Positions 10,013 through 19,974 of a stretch of 64,000 nucleotides of DNA are shown here, piece by piece; within the stretch, counting starts at the first letter, position 1, and each line of letters opens with the position of its first letter. Location of the stretch: positions 1,024,001-1,088,000 of the forward strand of contig OZ220741.1 in the NCBI GenBank assembly GCA_965116885.1. Direction: 5' to 3'. The notes beneath the pieces are model-generated. The model saw only the letters and a list, made by a program, of their open reading frames with translations, was not told the DNA's origin and made no database searches. Origin of the DNA: Candidatus Latescibacterota bacterium. GTDB lineage: Bacteria; Latescibacterota; UBA2968. Both the position numbers and the translations under genes were made by a program.

Positions 10013-10305
10013 GTGGAATGCCCAGGGTCTGATGGATGAGTTTTACACGCAACAGTCAGACCCTGAGCAAATATCAGGCCAACGTCACAGAAATTGAATG
10101 ATAAATTGTATGGACGGAAATTCAAATAGCCGCATCAGGCTTTTAATATGCTGGATGGCACCTTTAACTTAAATGGAGGGATTGCTTTTGGAGATATATA
10201 AATGGAACGCGCTGGGAGACAAAAGTGTACGTTTTGATCTATAGAGGAGGGGATAGGGTGAAAGATATGTGCTTTTATTTTTATACTGGATCGCGGCTAT
10301 AAGAT

Positions 10306-10578
10306 TTAACGGCTGGCGGGTGCCCGGCCAGATATGGCTTCGCGCAAGCCCTCCAGCAAACCTTCCAATTTCGCCTGTTGACGCTCCATCGTACCCATCC
10401 GCGCTTCCAACTTCTCAAATCGCTCATCCAACTTCTCAAATCGCTCATCCATTTGATCAAGCCGTGCATTCACTTGCACTTTGAAATCTTTCAACTCCTC
10501 ACGGACATTCTTCTGACCGTTCAAGATCAGACTCGCAAGCCCAACGCCAACGGCAATAATCGTTATCATTTCTGTCAC
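10306..10578 (-). CDS. Small membrane-anchored coiled-coil protein
   Basis: N-terminal TM, heptad repeat DERFEKL x2 (21-nt tandem), GTGA overlap with the Rpn copy B stop. Confidence 0.7.
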   Translation of the reverse strand: MTEMITIIAVGVGLASLILNGQKNVREELKDFKVQVNARLDQMDERFEKLDERFEKLEARMGTMERQQAKLEGLLEGLREAISGRAPASR

Positions 10579-11456
10579 GCATCCAACGCTTGCTCAAATG
10601 CGTCAAGGCTGGACACCTGAACCGCTGCACGATGCAACTGCTTGAGACGTTGCAGATCGTCAATCGCGGCAATGCGAGCAGATAGGGGGTGCGCTTCGCT
10701 CAGGTCAAATCGAATCTCCAACACGTCGAGAAGATCTTCAATGGCGCGTTGCCTGCCCCCCTGCTCAATGCCCTGCTTCATAATGTATTGTGTAAACGAC
10801 GATTCGCGCATAATGGCATCCATAAGACCCTCCTGTAAGAGAATACGATTGATCAGGGTTGGATCATACTCTAACCCACTCAATATCATCAACCGCTCCA
10901 AAATGTCAACCTTTATTGATTCATCCACTGGCAGCGCATTCGTCGCGTCAACACAGTGGCGCAACCACGCCTCCGAATCTATCCTATCAGGACGCTTCAT
11001 CAAGGTGGTAAACGGAAACAAGCCCGAAGGTCCGCCATCTATAATGGCCTGTCCGTCTATCTCACTCAGCCGAATCACTGTGTATTCTATCAGAACGCGA
11101 CGGCCGAGAAAATCCTGGACATAATACCCCGGATCGCGCCGACCTGCATTGCGCCGCAAGTAGATCACACTGGAGTAAATCGGCAGGTCGTGCTGCTCTA
11201 TCGCACGGATCATATAGCCCGCCATGCGAAGCGGCATAGAGGGATCGTCAGTCGTTTGAAATTCGTGATGCACCAATGCCTCCTGACCAGCGATCTGGAC
11301 GCGGATGAGGCTATCGGCGTATCGTGTATCAACCGTGCTTTGCTCTGTGTCGAGGATGTCCAGGACCTCTACATCGTCCTGTTCAAGTGTGAGGCGGATG
11401 AAGTCTTTGGGATAGGTCTGGATCAGATCTTTGGAGACGGTGTCATATTTGGCCAT
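10575..11456 (-). CDS. Rpn/YhgA-like PD-(D/E)XK nuclease, copy B
   Basis: Paralog of 9059-10012 with only one GIEQ unit. Confidence 0.8.
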   Translation of the reverse strand: MAKYDTVSKDLIQTYPKDFIRLTLEQDDVEVLDILDTEQSTVDTRYADSLIRVQIAGQEALVHHEFQTTDDPSMPLRMAGYMIRAIEQHDLPIYSSVIYLRRNAGRRDPGYYVQDFLGRRVLIEYTVIRLSEIDGQAIIDGGPSGLFPFTTLMKRPDRIDSEAWLRHCVDATNALPVDESIKVDILERLMILSGLEYDPTLINRILLQEGLMDAIMRESSFTQYIMKQGIEQGGRQRAIEDLLDVLEIRFDLSEAHPLSARIAAIDDLQRLKQLHRAAVQVSSLDAFEQALDA

Positions 11457-11769
11457 GTGAGATGCCCTGAGTCTGATGGATGAGTTTTACACGCAACAGT
11501 CAGACCCTGAGCAAATATCAGGCCAACGTCACAGAAATTGATGATAAATTGTATGGACGGAAATTCAAATAGCCGCATCAGGCTTTTAATAGGCTGTATT
11601 GCGCCCCTAACTTGAATGCAGAAAGCACCTTTGGAGATACATACACGGGGAACGTGCTGGGCGTTACGCGTGTACGTTTTGATCTATAGAGGAGGGAATA
11701 GTGTGAAAGATATGTGCTTTTATCTCAATCTGGTCGGACAAATCCCTTTTTATTGCGAATCGAGATGTG

Positions 11770-13170
11770 TCAAAGCAATCCATACCGCTTCATCCTATTC
11801 CTCAAAACCGTCCTCGAAATAGCCAGAAGCCCGGCTGCCTGAACCTGGTTCCCCTCTGTTCGTCGCAAAGCCTCACAAAGCAGTGCCTTCTCAAATGCGG
11901 GCAGACTCATCTGATCCTCGGGAAAGGACTGCACCACGCGATCAACGCTACTGACCGGACCAATCTCAAACAGCTCAAAACTCAGATCATCAGCATCAAT
12001 CTCGCCACCCCCGCACAAAATCGCTGCCTGCTCAACCGCATTCTTCAGCATCCGGACATTGCCCGGAAACGCCTGTCTTTGAAGCAACGCCTCAGCCGCC
12101 CTCGAAAATCCCACCAGCGGCTTCTGCAAATCGCGGGCATAACCAGCCAAAAAGTGCCGCGCCAGAAACAGAACATCTCCCCCGCGCTCCCGCAACGGCG
12201 GCACCTGAATCGCGAACACATTCAACCTGTAATACAGATCCTCTCTGAACGTCCCTTCCCGCACCGCGACATTAAGCACCCTATTCGTCGCCGCAACCAC
12301 GCGCACATCCACCGCGACCTCATCGCGACTCCCCACGGGACGGATGCATCGTTCCTCCAGCGCACGCAACAAACGCACCTGCATCTCCAGCGACATATCC
12401 CCAACCTCATCCAGAAACAGCGTCCCCCCATCTGCCAGTTCAAAATAGCCCTTCTGGTCTGCCCTCGCATCTGTAAACGCGCCCTTCTTATGCCCAAAAA
12501 ACGCGCTCTCAAACAAATTGCCCGGAATCGCAGAACAATTCACCGGAACAAACGGACCGCCAGCGCGACCACTCTCGCTATGCACAGCCCGCGCAACCAA
12601 TTCCTTCCCCGTACCCGTCTCGCCAACAATCAACACCGTCGTATAATCAGTCGCAGCCACCTGCTGAATCTGCGCCTTCATCTTCACAACCGCCTCACTC
12701 TCACCGATCAGCGCATTCAAACCGCGCTTCTCTCGCGCCTGTGCCGCCATCCTATCCAGCCTCGCCTGAACCCTATCCTTCTCTTTGCGAAGCGCCTGGT
12801 AGCGCACCGTGCGCCGGATAGCCGCCTGCAACGCCTCCACCTTAAAAGGCTTCGTAAAAAAATCAAACGCCCCTTCTCGCAACGCGCGAAACGCATGCTC
12901 GGACTCATTAACGCCCGTAATCACAATCACCTCAATCTCGGGCGCAACAGACCGCATCCGCCGAAGCACCTCAAACCCATCCAGGCCGGGCATCTTCACA
13001 TCTGTAATCACAATATCCACAGCCTGGCTCTCCACCACCTCCACACCCCGCTCGCCATTCGCCGCCTCAATAACCGTATGTCCTCTCGCAATGAGAAACT
13101 TCCCAATAGCAGTTCGGATATGTGTATCGTCATCGATCACCAAAACCGTCATGCTGACCTGCTCAGGCAT
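11770..13170 (-). CDS. Sigma54-dependent NtrC-family response regulator (REC-AAA+-HTH)
   Basis: VIDDD/TDVKMP/KPF receiver, GETGTGKE, GAFTDA, Fis-type HTH. Confidence 0.93.
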   Translation of the reverse strand: MPEQVSMTVLVIDDDTHIRTAIGKFLIARGHTVIEAANGERGVEVVESQAVDIVITDVKMPGLDGFEVLRRMRSVAPEIEVIVITGVNESEHAFRALREGAFDFFTKPFKVEALQAAIRRTVRYQALRKEKDRVQARLDRMAAQAREKRGLNALIGESEAVVKMKAQIQQVAATDYTTVLIVGETGTGKELVARAVHSESGRAGGPFVPVNCSAIPGNLFESAFFGHKKGAFTDARADQKGYFELADGGTLFLDEVGDMSLEMQVRLLRALEERCIRPVGSRDEVAVDVRVVAATNRVLNVAVREGTFREDLYYRLNVFAIQVPPLRERGGDVLFLARHFLAGYARDLQKPLVGFSRAAEALLQRQAFPGNVRMLKNAVEQAAILCGGGEIDADDLSFELFEIGPVSSVDRVVQSFPEDQMSLPAFEKALLCEALRRTEGNQVQAAGLLAISRTVLRNRMKRYGLL

Positions 13171-13406
13171 TCTTATTTCCCCCTATCATTCGCAAGCGTT
13201 TGTTTGCAATTTTGGGAAAATAAGACGGGATTGGCAAAAAGCAAGGCCACTCAGATAGAATACGAGCAAATTATGCTTTTGTGCATTTTAATGCTTTTAT
13301 GCATTTCATTAAAAGCCTGTGAAGCGGATACGATCAAAAAAAAATACGGGGACCGCCCCCTACAATATTGGAACCGTCCCCATATATTATAATGATTATA
13401 ACGCAA

Positions 13407-14027
13407 TCACTTCTCAATACTGTGTTCAAGCCTGCCGATCTCGTCGCGCAGCCTGGCGGCTTCTTCGTACTCTTCCAGCGCGACCGCCTCTTGCAAACGC
13501 GCCTTGAGCGCATCTACTTGCTGCGTCACCTGATCGGGTGCCTCTTCAGTGGCTTCTTCCTCTCCTGCAGACCTTATAAAAGCAGCAATATTCTCAACGC
13601 CTTCAATGGGCGTCTCGGCCTCTTGCATCTCGACCGACAGCCCCGCCTCCTCAATCACCTGGTCTGCCACAAAAATCGGGGCATCAACGCGCAACGCCAA
13701 TGCCAGCGCATCGCTCGGACGCGAATCAATAACAATTGATTCCCCATCGCGGACAAGCGCGATCTCCGCAAAAAACGTCTCGTCCCGCAACGCACTGACC
13801 AGCACCTGCTCAACGCGTACATCAAACCCCTCTAAAATATCACACAACAAATCATACGCAATGGGACGCGGCGGCGGCTCATCGTGAAGCACCAGAGAAA
13901 TCGCAACCGCCTCAAAATTGCCAATCGCAATCGGCAAAAAGACCTTCTGGTCCTTATCCTTTAACCAGACCAGCGGATGACTGCTATTGGGTTCGAGCTG
14001 CACGGCAATCACTTCCATTTCTGTCAT
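13407..14027 (-). CDS. Bifunctional nuclease family (DUF151) protein with C-terminal UVR domain
   Basis: LPIAIGNFEA, PRP..YDL, DSRPSDALALA, EEYEEAARLRD. Confidence 0.9.
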   Translation of the reverse strand: MTEMEVIAVQLEPNSSHPLVWLKDKDQKVFLPIAIGNFEAVAISLVLHDEPPPRPIAYDLLCDILEGFDVRVEQVLVSALRDETFFAEIALVRDGESIVIDSRPSDALALALRVDAPIFVADQVIEEAGLSVEMQEAETPIEGVENIAAFIRSAGEEEATEEAPDQVTQQVDALKARLQEAVALEEYEEAARLRDEIGRLEHSIEK

Positions 14028-14051
14028 GCGAGAAATCCTTTTGGTAAAGCA

Positions 14052-14175
14052 ACCACAGATGAACACAGATAAACACGGATAAAAGGCTAAAACAATATAG
14101 AAGGATACAGAGGCAAAAAGCAAGCGGAATCAGGATGTGCAAGATGAAAGGATGGACAGGATAAAGGCAAAAGCA
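14052..14175. repeat. CCACAGATGAACACAGAT repeat plus GAATCAGGAT purine-rich repeat
   Basis: Similar to 1840-1940 and other copies. Confidence 0.7.
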
Positions 14176-14183
14176 ACCCCCTC

Positions 14184-14212
14184 TTGACAGCCTGTGCGTC
14201 GCATTGTATCAT
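14184..14212 (+). promoter_or_regulatory. Sigma70 promoter of the FGE gene
   Basis: TTGACA-17 nt-TATCAT. Confidence 0.65.
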
Positions 14213-14258
14213 TTTATAATCAAGAATTCACACACCCCATAACCTCAGGAGAATCGCT

Positions 14259-15206
14259 ATGTCCTCCCCCTGCTGCGGTGCGAGCAGACCTGTCTCATCT
14301 AAAAAAAGAAAAACGCGCAAACAAAAAAACAGGCGCAGAAGTGATACATCCCTCAAAAACATGATCCGCATATCGGGCGGCACCTTTCTCATGGGAACAG
14401 ACGGCGACGAAGGCTTTGCAGAAGACGGCGAAGGCCCCATGAGAGAAGTCACAGTCGATCCCTTTTACCTCGATACGTGCGCCGTCACCAACGCCGACTT
14501 TGCCAAATTCGTCCGCGCAACCGCGTACAAAACCGAAGCCGAACGCTTTGGCTGGTCCTTTGTCTTCCACCTCTTTGTACCTCCCAACACCGCATCGCAC
14601 ATCTCGCAAACCGTCGTCGATACCCCCTGGTGGTTTGCTGTTGACGGCGCCTGCTGGCACCGCCCCGAAGGACCGGGAACAAATGTCAACAACCGCTGGA
14701 ACCACCCCGCCATCCACATCTCGTGGAACGACGCCGTTGCCTATTGCAACTGGACGGGAAAACGCCTGCCCACAGAAGCCGAATGGGAATTTGCCGCACG
14801 GGGCGGCCTAAACAGCATGCGCTACCCCTGGGGAGACGACCTCGAACCCGGTGGCAAACACATGTGCAACATCTGGCAGGGCACATTCCCCGAAGAAAAC
14901 ACCAGAGCAGATGGACACATCGGCACCGCCCCCGTCACCTCATACCCCCCCAACAACTACGGCATCTACAACATCTCGGGCAACGTCTGGGAATGGTGCA
15001 GCGACTGGTTCAGCCCCACCTTTCACCTCAAAAGTTCCGCCGTAAATCCCACGGGACCCCACATCGGACAGGCGAAAAGCATGCGCGGCGGCTCCTACCT
15101 GTGCCACGACTCCTACTGCAACCGATACCGCGTTGCTGCCCGCAGCGCAAACACCCCAGACAGCTCCACGGGCAATCTGGGGTTTCGGTGTGCGAGAAAT
15201 GCATAA
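14259..15206 (+). CDS. Formylglycine-generating enzyme (sulfatase-modifying factor, SUMF1 family)
   Basis: RLPTEAEWE, GNVWEW, RGGSYLCHDSYCNRYR with the catalytic Cys pair. Confidence 0.93.
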   Translation: MSSPCCGASRPVSSKKRKTRKQKNRRRSDTSLKNMIRISGGTFLMGTDGDEGFAEDGEGPMREVTVDPFYLDTCAVTNADFAKFVRATAYKTEAERFGWSFVFHLFVPPNTASHISQTVVDTPWWFAVDGACWHRPEGPGTNVNNRWNHPAIHISWNDAVAYCNWTGKRLPTEAEWEFAARGGLNSMRYPWGDDLEPGGKHMCNIWQGTFPEENTRADGHIGTAPVTSYPPNNYGIYNISGNVWEWCSDWFSPTFHLKSSAVNPTGPHIGQAKSMRGGSYLCHDSYCNRYRVAARSANTPDSSTGNLGFRCARNA

Positions 15207-15242
15207 AAAAAACGGAAGACGCAAAAACGTCTTCCGTTTTTT
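15205..15242. terminator. Bidirectional intrinsic terminator between FGE and rplI
   Basis: aaaaaaacggaagacg-caaaaa-cgtcttccgtttttt hairpin with A and T tails. Confidence 0.8.
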
Positions 15243-15247
15243 CTATC

Positions 15248-15273
15248 GGGACGGCACAGGGGCCGTCCCCTAC
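15248..15273 (-). repeat. GTAG-type REP palindrome supplying the rplI stop codon
   Basis: GTAGGGGACGGCCCCTGTGCCGTCCC on minus strand. Confidence 0.85.
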
Positions 15274-15713
15274 TCTCTAACCACCCACACCTTCACAGAC
15301 ACCACAACCCCTGCATAAAGCCGAATGGGCACATCATATACCCCCAATGCTCGAATCGGCTCTTTGAGCGCTATGTCTCGGCGATCAATATCGAACCCCA
15401 GATCACTGAGTGCAACTGCGATTTGCTGTGCCGTCACCGATCCAAAAATGCGATCCTCTTCGCCAGCCCTAACCGCCACATTGCACGAAACCTCTCTCAA
15501 AGCCTCTGCCAGTGACTCGGCATCGCGCGTTTCACGAGCGCGTTGGGCTTCGCGTTGCTGGCGCACCTTCTCGTACACCGCCATATTGTGCTCATTTGCA
15601 ATCAGCGCCACCGAACGAGGCAGCAAAAAATTTCGCGCGTACCCATCCTTCACCTCAACCACATCGCCAGCATTGCCCAGACTATCCACATCTGCTGTAA
15701 GAATAATTTTCAT
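15270..15713 (-). CDS. rplI: 50S ribosomal protein L9
   Basis: LGNAGDVVEVKDGYARNFLLP, FGSVT. Confidence 0.97.
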   Translation of the reverse strand: MKIILTADVDSLGNAGDVVEVKDGYARNFLLPRSVALIANEHNMAVYEKVRQQREAQRARETRDAESLAEALREVSCNVAVRAGEEDRIFGSVTAQQIAVALSDLGFDIDRRDIALKEPIRALGVYDVPIRLYAGVVVSVKVWVVRE

Positions 15714-15777
15714 AGTGTATTCCGAATATTAAGCGGACGGCCCCTGTGCCATCCCGATGAACACCGTTCCTTAATTC

Positions 15778-16032
15778 CTACCGAATCGAATCATTCACAT
15801 AAGGCATAAGCGCGAGAAAGCGGGCACGCTTAATCGCGCGCACCACAGCGCGCTGACACTTTGCACAGGTACCCGTCATCCGCCGGGGAACAATTTTCCC
15901 GCGCTCGGTAACAAACCGGCGCAACAAACGCTCATTCTTATAATCGACAACCACCGGCTGCGCGTCACCTTCAAATCGGCTATCCCTTTTGCTCTCGCAA
16001 ATATAGCAAACTTTCACGCGTCCTCTATTCAT
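15778..16032 (-). CDS. rpsR: 30S ribosomal protein S18 (Zn-binding type)
   Basis: [39 protein letters not shown]. Confidence 0.95.
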   Translation of the reverse strand: MNRGRVKVCYICESKRDSRFEGDAQPVVVDYKNERLLRRFVTERGKIVPRRMTGTCAKCQRAVVRAIKRARFLALMPYVNDSIR

Positions 16033-16376
16033 TGGGCAACCTCCTCTACTGGAACTTCTTCAGCCGCCTCTTCAACCTCCTCTTCCTCTTGAGGAGGAAT
16101 TTCAGTCTGAAGAATCAGATGCCGCAAAATGGCCTCATCCAAACGGCACGCCCGCTCGACATTTGCAATCGCGCCCTGATCGGCCTGAAAATAAAAAATT
16201 GTATAGTCGCCCTGCTGTCGCTTTTGAATCTCATAAGCGAGCCTGCGCACGCCCCAGCGGTCGATATTGACCACCGTAGCGCCCCAATCGGCGAGCAATG
16301 ACGCATAGCGTTCGACCGTCTCATCCGCATTCTCCTGCGTATCGACAATCAAAGCCATCTCGTACTCTCGTGACAT
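16029..16376 (-). CDS. rpsF: 30S ribosomal protein S6
   Basis: [14 protein letters not shown]. Confidence 0.96.
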   Translation of the reverse strand: MSREYEMALIVDTQENADETVERYASLLADWGATVVNIDRWGVRRLAYEIQKRQQGDYTIFYFQADQGAIANVERACRLDEAILRHLILQTEIPPQEEEEVEEAAEEVPVEEVAQ

Positions 16377-16438
16377 AAACTATCCCCCATGGACGTGTGG
16401 TTCAGAAAACCGTGTTCTGAACGGGGTTGGAAAATGAC

Positions 16439-16552
16439 GGGCGAGGCATGCCTCGCCCCTACACATCTGCGTACATCTGCGAAAACGCTCAAATGAACTG
16501 GCCTGGGAAGCGGCCAGTTGTACACCGCTCATTCGCGTTTTTTTCTGCGGAT
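16439..16552. repeat. GTAG REP (16439-16462) and CATCTGCG-family element carrying a 35-nt hairpin insertion (16495-16529)
   Basis: Compared with 36134-36157 and with the empty element at 19911-19974. Confidence 0.8.
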
Positions 16553-18546
16553 CACACCAACAAAGGAGCCAGAATCAGCGAAACCACCGACATCAACTTA
16601 ATCAAAATATTCAACGCGGGACCAGACGTATCTTTTAACGGATCGCCAACCGTATCGCCAACCACGGCAGCTTTATGCGCCTCGGACCCCTTCCCCCCCA
16701 AATTGCCCTCCTCGATCAACTTCTTCGCATTGTCCAGCGCGCCCCCACTATTTGCCATCATCAGCGCCAGCAACACACCCGACACAGTCGCACCCGCCAG
16801 CATACCGCCCAACGCCTCTGCCCCCAGAACAAAGCCCACCAGCACCGGCGTCAAAACAGCCACCAGCCCCGGCACCACCATCTCGCGCAAAGCCGCGACA
16901 GAACTGATATCGACACAGCGACGCGTATCCGGCTTGCCCGTCCCCTCCATCAACCCTGGAATCTCGCGGAACTGGCGACGCACCTCTTCAACCATCTTAA
17001 ACGCCGCATTGCCCACACTCGTCATCGTCAACGCCGCCACGCAAAAAGGCACACCAGCGCCCAAAAACAAACCGATCACAACCAGAGGTTTGACCAGATT
17101 AATAGACTCGATCCCCACAGCCGTCGAATACGCGGAAAACAGCGCCAGCGCAGTCAGCGCAGCAGAACCAATCGCAAACCCCTTGCCAATCGCCGCCGTC
17201 GTATTCCCGAGCGAATCCAACTCATCGGTAATCTCGCGCGTCTCCGGGCCCAAATTCGCCATCTCGGAAATACCGCCCGCATTATCTGCAATCGGACCGT
17301 AAGCATCCACCGCCATCGTAACACCCACAGTCGATAACATACCCACAGCCGCAATGCCAATACCGTATAACCCCGCAAAGTGAAACGACCCGGCAATGGC
17401 AACACAGATACCCAAAACCGGCAACGTCGTACTCTCCATCCCCACCGCCAAACCCGCGATCATATTCGTCGCCGATCCCGTCTCCGAAGAATGGGCAATG
17501 CGCTTAACAGGTGCCCCGCCCGTATAGTATTCCGTCATCAGTGCAATGGCAATACCAACGAGACAACCAAAGAGAATCGCCCAAAACACCCCGCGAGCCA
17601 AACCGAGATATTCCGCCGCAAAAAAAGACCCCACAAGCATCAAAACAGCGGAAATATACGTGACATAGCGCAGGGCTGCATCCGGGCTTAAAGACTGCAA
17701 AACGCGAATGGACCCCACCCCGATCAGCGACGCCAACAAACCGATCATAACCACGACAAGAGGATATTGCATCGCGGCGACCCGCACCATCTCCGAATCG
17801 CCTCCCAACCCGCTCAACGCCGTGCCGCCAGCCGTTGCCGCAATCGCAACCGTCGCAATAATAGACCCCACATAAGACTCAAAAATATCCGCCCCCATCC
17901 CGGCCACATCGCCCACATTATCGCCCACATGATCTGCAATAACAGCCGGATTTCTCGGATCGTCTTCCGGTATCCCGGCCTCCACCTTACCCACCAGATC
18001 TGCACCCACATCTGCCGTCTTCGTATAAATACCCCCCCCAACCCGGGCAAAGAGCGCAATAGAACTCGCCCCCATAGCAAAACCATTAATCATAGCCGCC
18101 TGATCGGGTTTGCCATAAAAATAAAAAAGCAAGCCCACGCCAAAAAGCCCCAGACTTGCTACAGACAACCCCATCACTGCGCCACCAGAAAACGCGACAT
18201 TTAACGCCTTATCCCGCCCGCTCTCACTGGCGGCATAAGCCGTCCGCACATTTGCCTTGGTCGCCGCCTTCATCCCGATAAAACCCGCGCCAAGCGAACA
18301 GAGCGCGCCGCCCAAAAAAGAGATGGCCGTGGGCAAATTAATACCCCAGCACACCAGCGCGAACACCACAACAATAAAAACAGATAGCACACTGTATTCG
18401 CGCTTCAAAAAGGTCACGGCCCCATCCTGGATATCTGCTGCGATCTCTCGCATCAACGCCGTGCCCTCTGGTTGTCTGGCAACATAGAGATAAATCAAAC
18501 CAGCGCAAACCAGCCCAACCACGCCCAGCACAGGTGCCAAAATCAT
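16552..18546 (-). CDS. hppA: Membrane-bound ion-translocating pyrophosphatase, K+-dependent type (probably Na+-PPase)
   Basis: [38 protein letters not shown] signature of K+-dependent enzymes; the track's longer start lies in a REP. Confidence 0.95.
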   Translation of the reverse strand: MILAPVLGVVGLVCAGLIYLYVARQPEGTALMREIAADIQDGAVTFLKREYSVLSVFIVVVFALVCWGINLPTAISFLGGALCSLGAGFIGMKAATKANVRTAYAASESGRDKALNVAFSGGAVMGLSVASLGLFGVGLLFYFYGKPDQAAMINGFAMGASSIALFARVGGGIYTKTADVGADLVGKVEAGIPEDDPRNPAVIADHVGDNVGDVAGMGADIFESYVGSIIATVAIAATAGGTALSGLGGDSEMVRVAAMQYPLVVVMIGLLASLIGVGSIRVLQSLSPDAALRYVTYISAVLMLVGSFFAAEYLGLARGVFWAILFGCLVGIAIALMTEYYTGGAPVKRIAHSSETGSATNMIAGLAVGMESTTLPVLGICVAIAGSFHFAGLYGIGIAAVGMLSTVGVTMAVDAYGPIADNAGGISEMANLGPETREITDELDSLGNTTAAIGKGFAIGSAALTALALFSAYSTAVGIESINLVKPLVVIGLFLGAGVPFCVAALTMTSVGNAAFKMVEEVRRQFREIPGLMEGTGKPDTRRCVDISSVAALREMVVPGLVAVLTPVLVGFVLGAEALGGMLAGATVSGVLLALMMANSGGALDNAKKLIEEGNLGGKGSEAHKAAVVGDTVGDPLKDTSGPALNILIKLMSVVSLILAPLLV

Positions 18547-18563
18547 AAAAATCTCCAAAATCA

Positions 18564-18587
18564 GGGCGAAAAAATTTTCGCCCCTAC
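18564..18587 (-). repeat. GTAG-type REP (GGGCGAAAA..TTTCGCCC subfamily)
   Basis: Palindrome with CTAC end; also at 19142, 22670 and 22859. Confidence 0.8.
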
Positions 18588-18590
18588 ATA

Positions 18591-19169
18591 TCAACCCGCA
18601 TTATACCGATTCATCGCCCGTTCAATACCTTCTGTCGCCCAGCAAAGCGCGCCCTTAGCCGCATGCCCAACAGCATCTACAATCACATCCCCATCTTCGA
18701 ATGGAAACGCACCCAACACATAATCGATCATCCCATCCACCTCGGCGGGATGCCCAATACCGATGCGCAACCGCGGAAAATCCGCAGACCCCAACGCGCG
18801 TTCAACAGACCGCAAACCATTGTGCCCGCCGTGACTTCCCGTGCGCCGAAAGCGCAACCGCCCCAAATTCAGATGCACATCGTCAACCACCACCAGCACA
18901 TCTGCTGGTCCAACCTGAAAACACCGCACAGCCTCCGCCGCGCCCAAACCGCTCTTATTCATATAAGTCAGCGGCTTGACCAGCACCAGATCATCTGAAA
19001 ACCTGCACCACGTACAAAACTCAAACGCATGCCAGGGCTTGTGTTTCCCCAGCGCATCAACCACCCCAAACCCCACATTGTGGCGCGTACGCGCATAGCG
19101 CGCGCCCGGATTGCCCAGCCCCACAATCGCCTTTATGGTACGGGCGAAAGATTTTTCGCCCCTACTCAT
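18591..19169 (-). CDS. pth: Peptidyl-tRNA hydrolase
   Basis: [38 protein letters not shown]; start uncertain, N-terminus REP-derived. Confidence 0.93.
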   Translation of the reverse strand: MSRGEKSFARTIKAIVGLGNPGARYARTRHNVGFGVVDALGKHKPWHAFEFCTWCRFSDDLVLVKPLTYMNKSGLGAAEAVRCFQVGPADVLVVVDDVHLNLGRLRFRRTGSHGGHNGLRSVERALGSADFPRLRIGIGHPAEVDGMIDYVLGAFPFEDGDVIVDAVGHAAKGALCWATEGIERAMNRYNAG

Positions 19170-19857
19170 CGCCTTCTTCGTCATCGTCGCGCCTTCTACC
19201 GCGCTCAATAAGCTCTGGCTCCTGCATCTCTTCGCCTTCTTCGCCCTCAGCGACCACGCCTTCTTCGTCCTCCACTTCCTCTTCTTCTTCGAGCACAAGC
19301 GCGGGCGCAGCCACTGCAAACATCGTGCGGTCGCTATCTGTCACAATAGACAAATCATCGCTATCCAGGACGATATCCGAAACGTGCAGCGAATCCCCGA
19401 TATCCAAATCCGACACATCAACCGCAATATTATCGGGTATATCTGTAGGCAGGCACTCGACCTCAAGCTCGTGCAACATCTGTTCCAGAATCCCCTCGCC
19501 AATCCGCACCCCAACGGCCAACCCCGTAGCTTGAACAGGCACCTCAACCACAATTTTGCGCGTCAAATCAATGCGGTGAAAATCCACATGCAATATCTCG
19601 CCGCGCACGGGATGATACTGAATATCCTTAATAATAGTACTCTGGCTCGTATCGCCTGCGCTCAGCGAAATAATCGCATTGCGACCGTGTGCCTTCAGCA
19701 AATCGGACAATGTGCGATAATCCACAGAACAGGCAACAGACGCGGAATCTTCGCCATAAACAACCGCGGGCAACTGACCGCGATAGCGCAAGCGCTTGGC
19801 AAATTTTTTTCCCGACGCCGTGCGAACATCTACAGTGAGAGAAACTTGATCGGACAT
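19162..19857 (-). CDS. rplY: 50S ribosomal protein L25/Ctc
   Basis: LPAVVYG, QYHPVRGEILHVDF, acidic tail. Confidence 0.96.
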   Translation of the reverse strand: MSDQVSLTVDVRTASGKKFAKRLRYRGQLPAVVYGEDSASVACSVDYRTLSDLLKAHGRNAIISLSAGDTSQSTIIKDIQYHPVRGEILHVDFHRIDLTRKIVVEVPVQATGLAVGVRIGEGILEQMLHELEVECLPTDIPDNIAVDVSDLDIGDSLHVSDIVLDSDDLSIVTDSDRTMFAVAAPALVLEEEEEVEDEEGVVAEGEEGEEMQEPELIERGRRRDDDEEGDE

Positions 19858-19910
19858 ATTTATTCTCCAAAATCAGGGGCTGGGAAAACCCGTCCCCAGT
19901 CCCTCTTTTT

Positions 19911-19974
19911 TATCTGTATTCATCTGCGAAAAACGCTCAAATCATTCGCGTTTTTTTCTGCGTCATCTGCGGAT
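19911..19974. repeat. CATCTGCG-family element (empty-site version) abutting the ispE stop
   Basis: catctgcgaaaaacgctcaaatcattcgcgtttttttctgcgtcatctgcggat. Confidence 0.7.

Larger units (their letters stand above)
9059..11723. repeat. Tandem direct duplication of the Rpn gene plus about 270 nt of upstream DNA (9059-10278 and 10575-11723)
   Basis: Near-identical CDS; both copies end at gaaagatatgtgcttttat. Confidence 0.9.

Noticed and set aside
13231..13250. Sigma54 -24/-12 promoter upstream of the regulator
   Set aside because: GG and GC are 11 nt apart rather than the required 10
11767..13392. 541-aa plus-strand ORF
   Set aside because: Antisense shadow of the NtrC-family regulator with no recognisable motifs. 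The same applies to the other long antisense ORFs (e.g. 16427, 19111, 29646, 31309, 33474).
16385..16425. S6:S18 autoregulatory leader
   Set aside because: A hairpin is present upstream of rpsF, but the diagnostic CCR-containing structure could not be confirmed by eye
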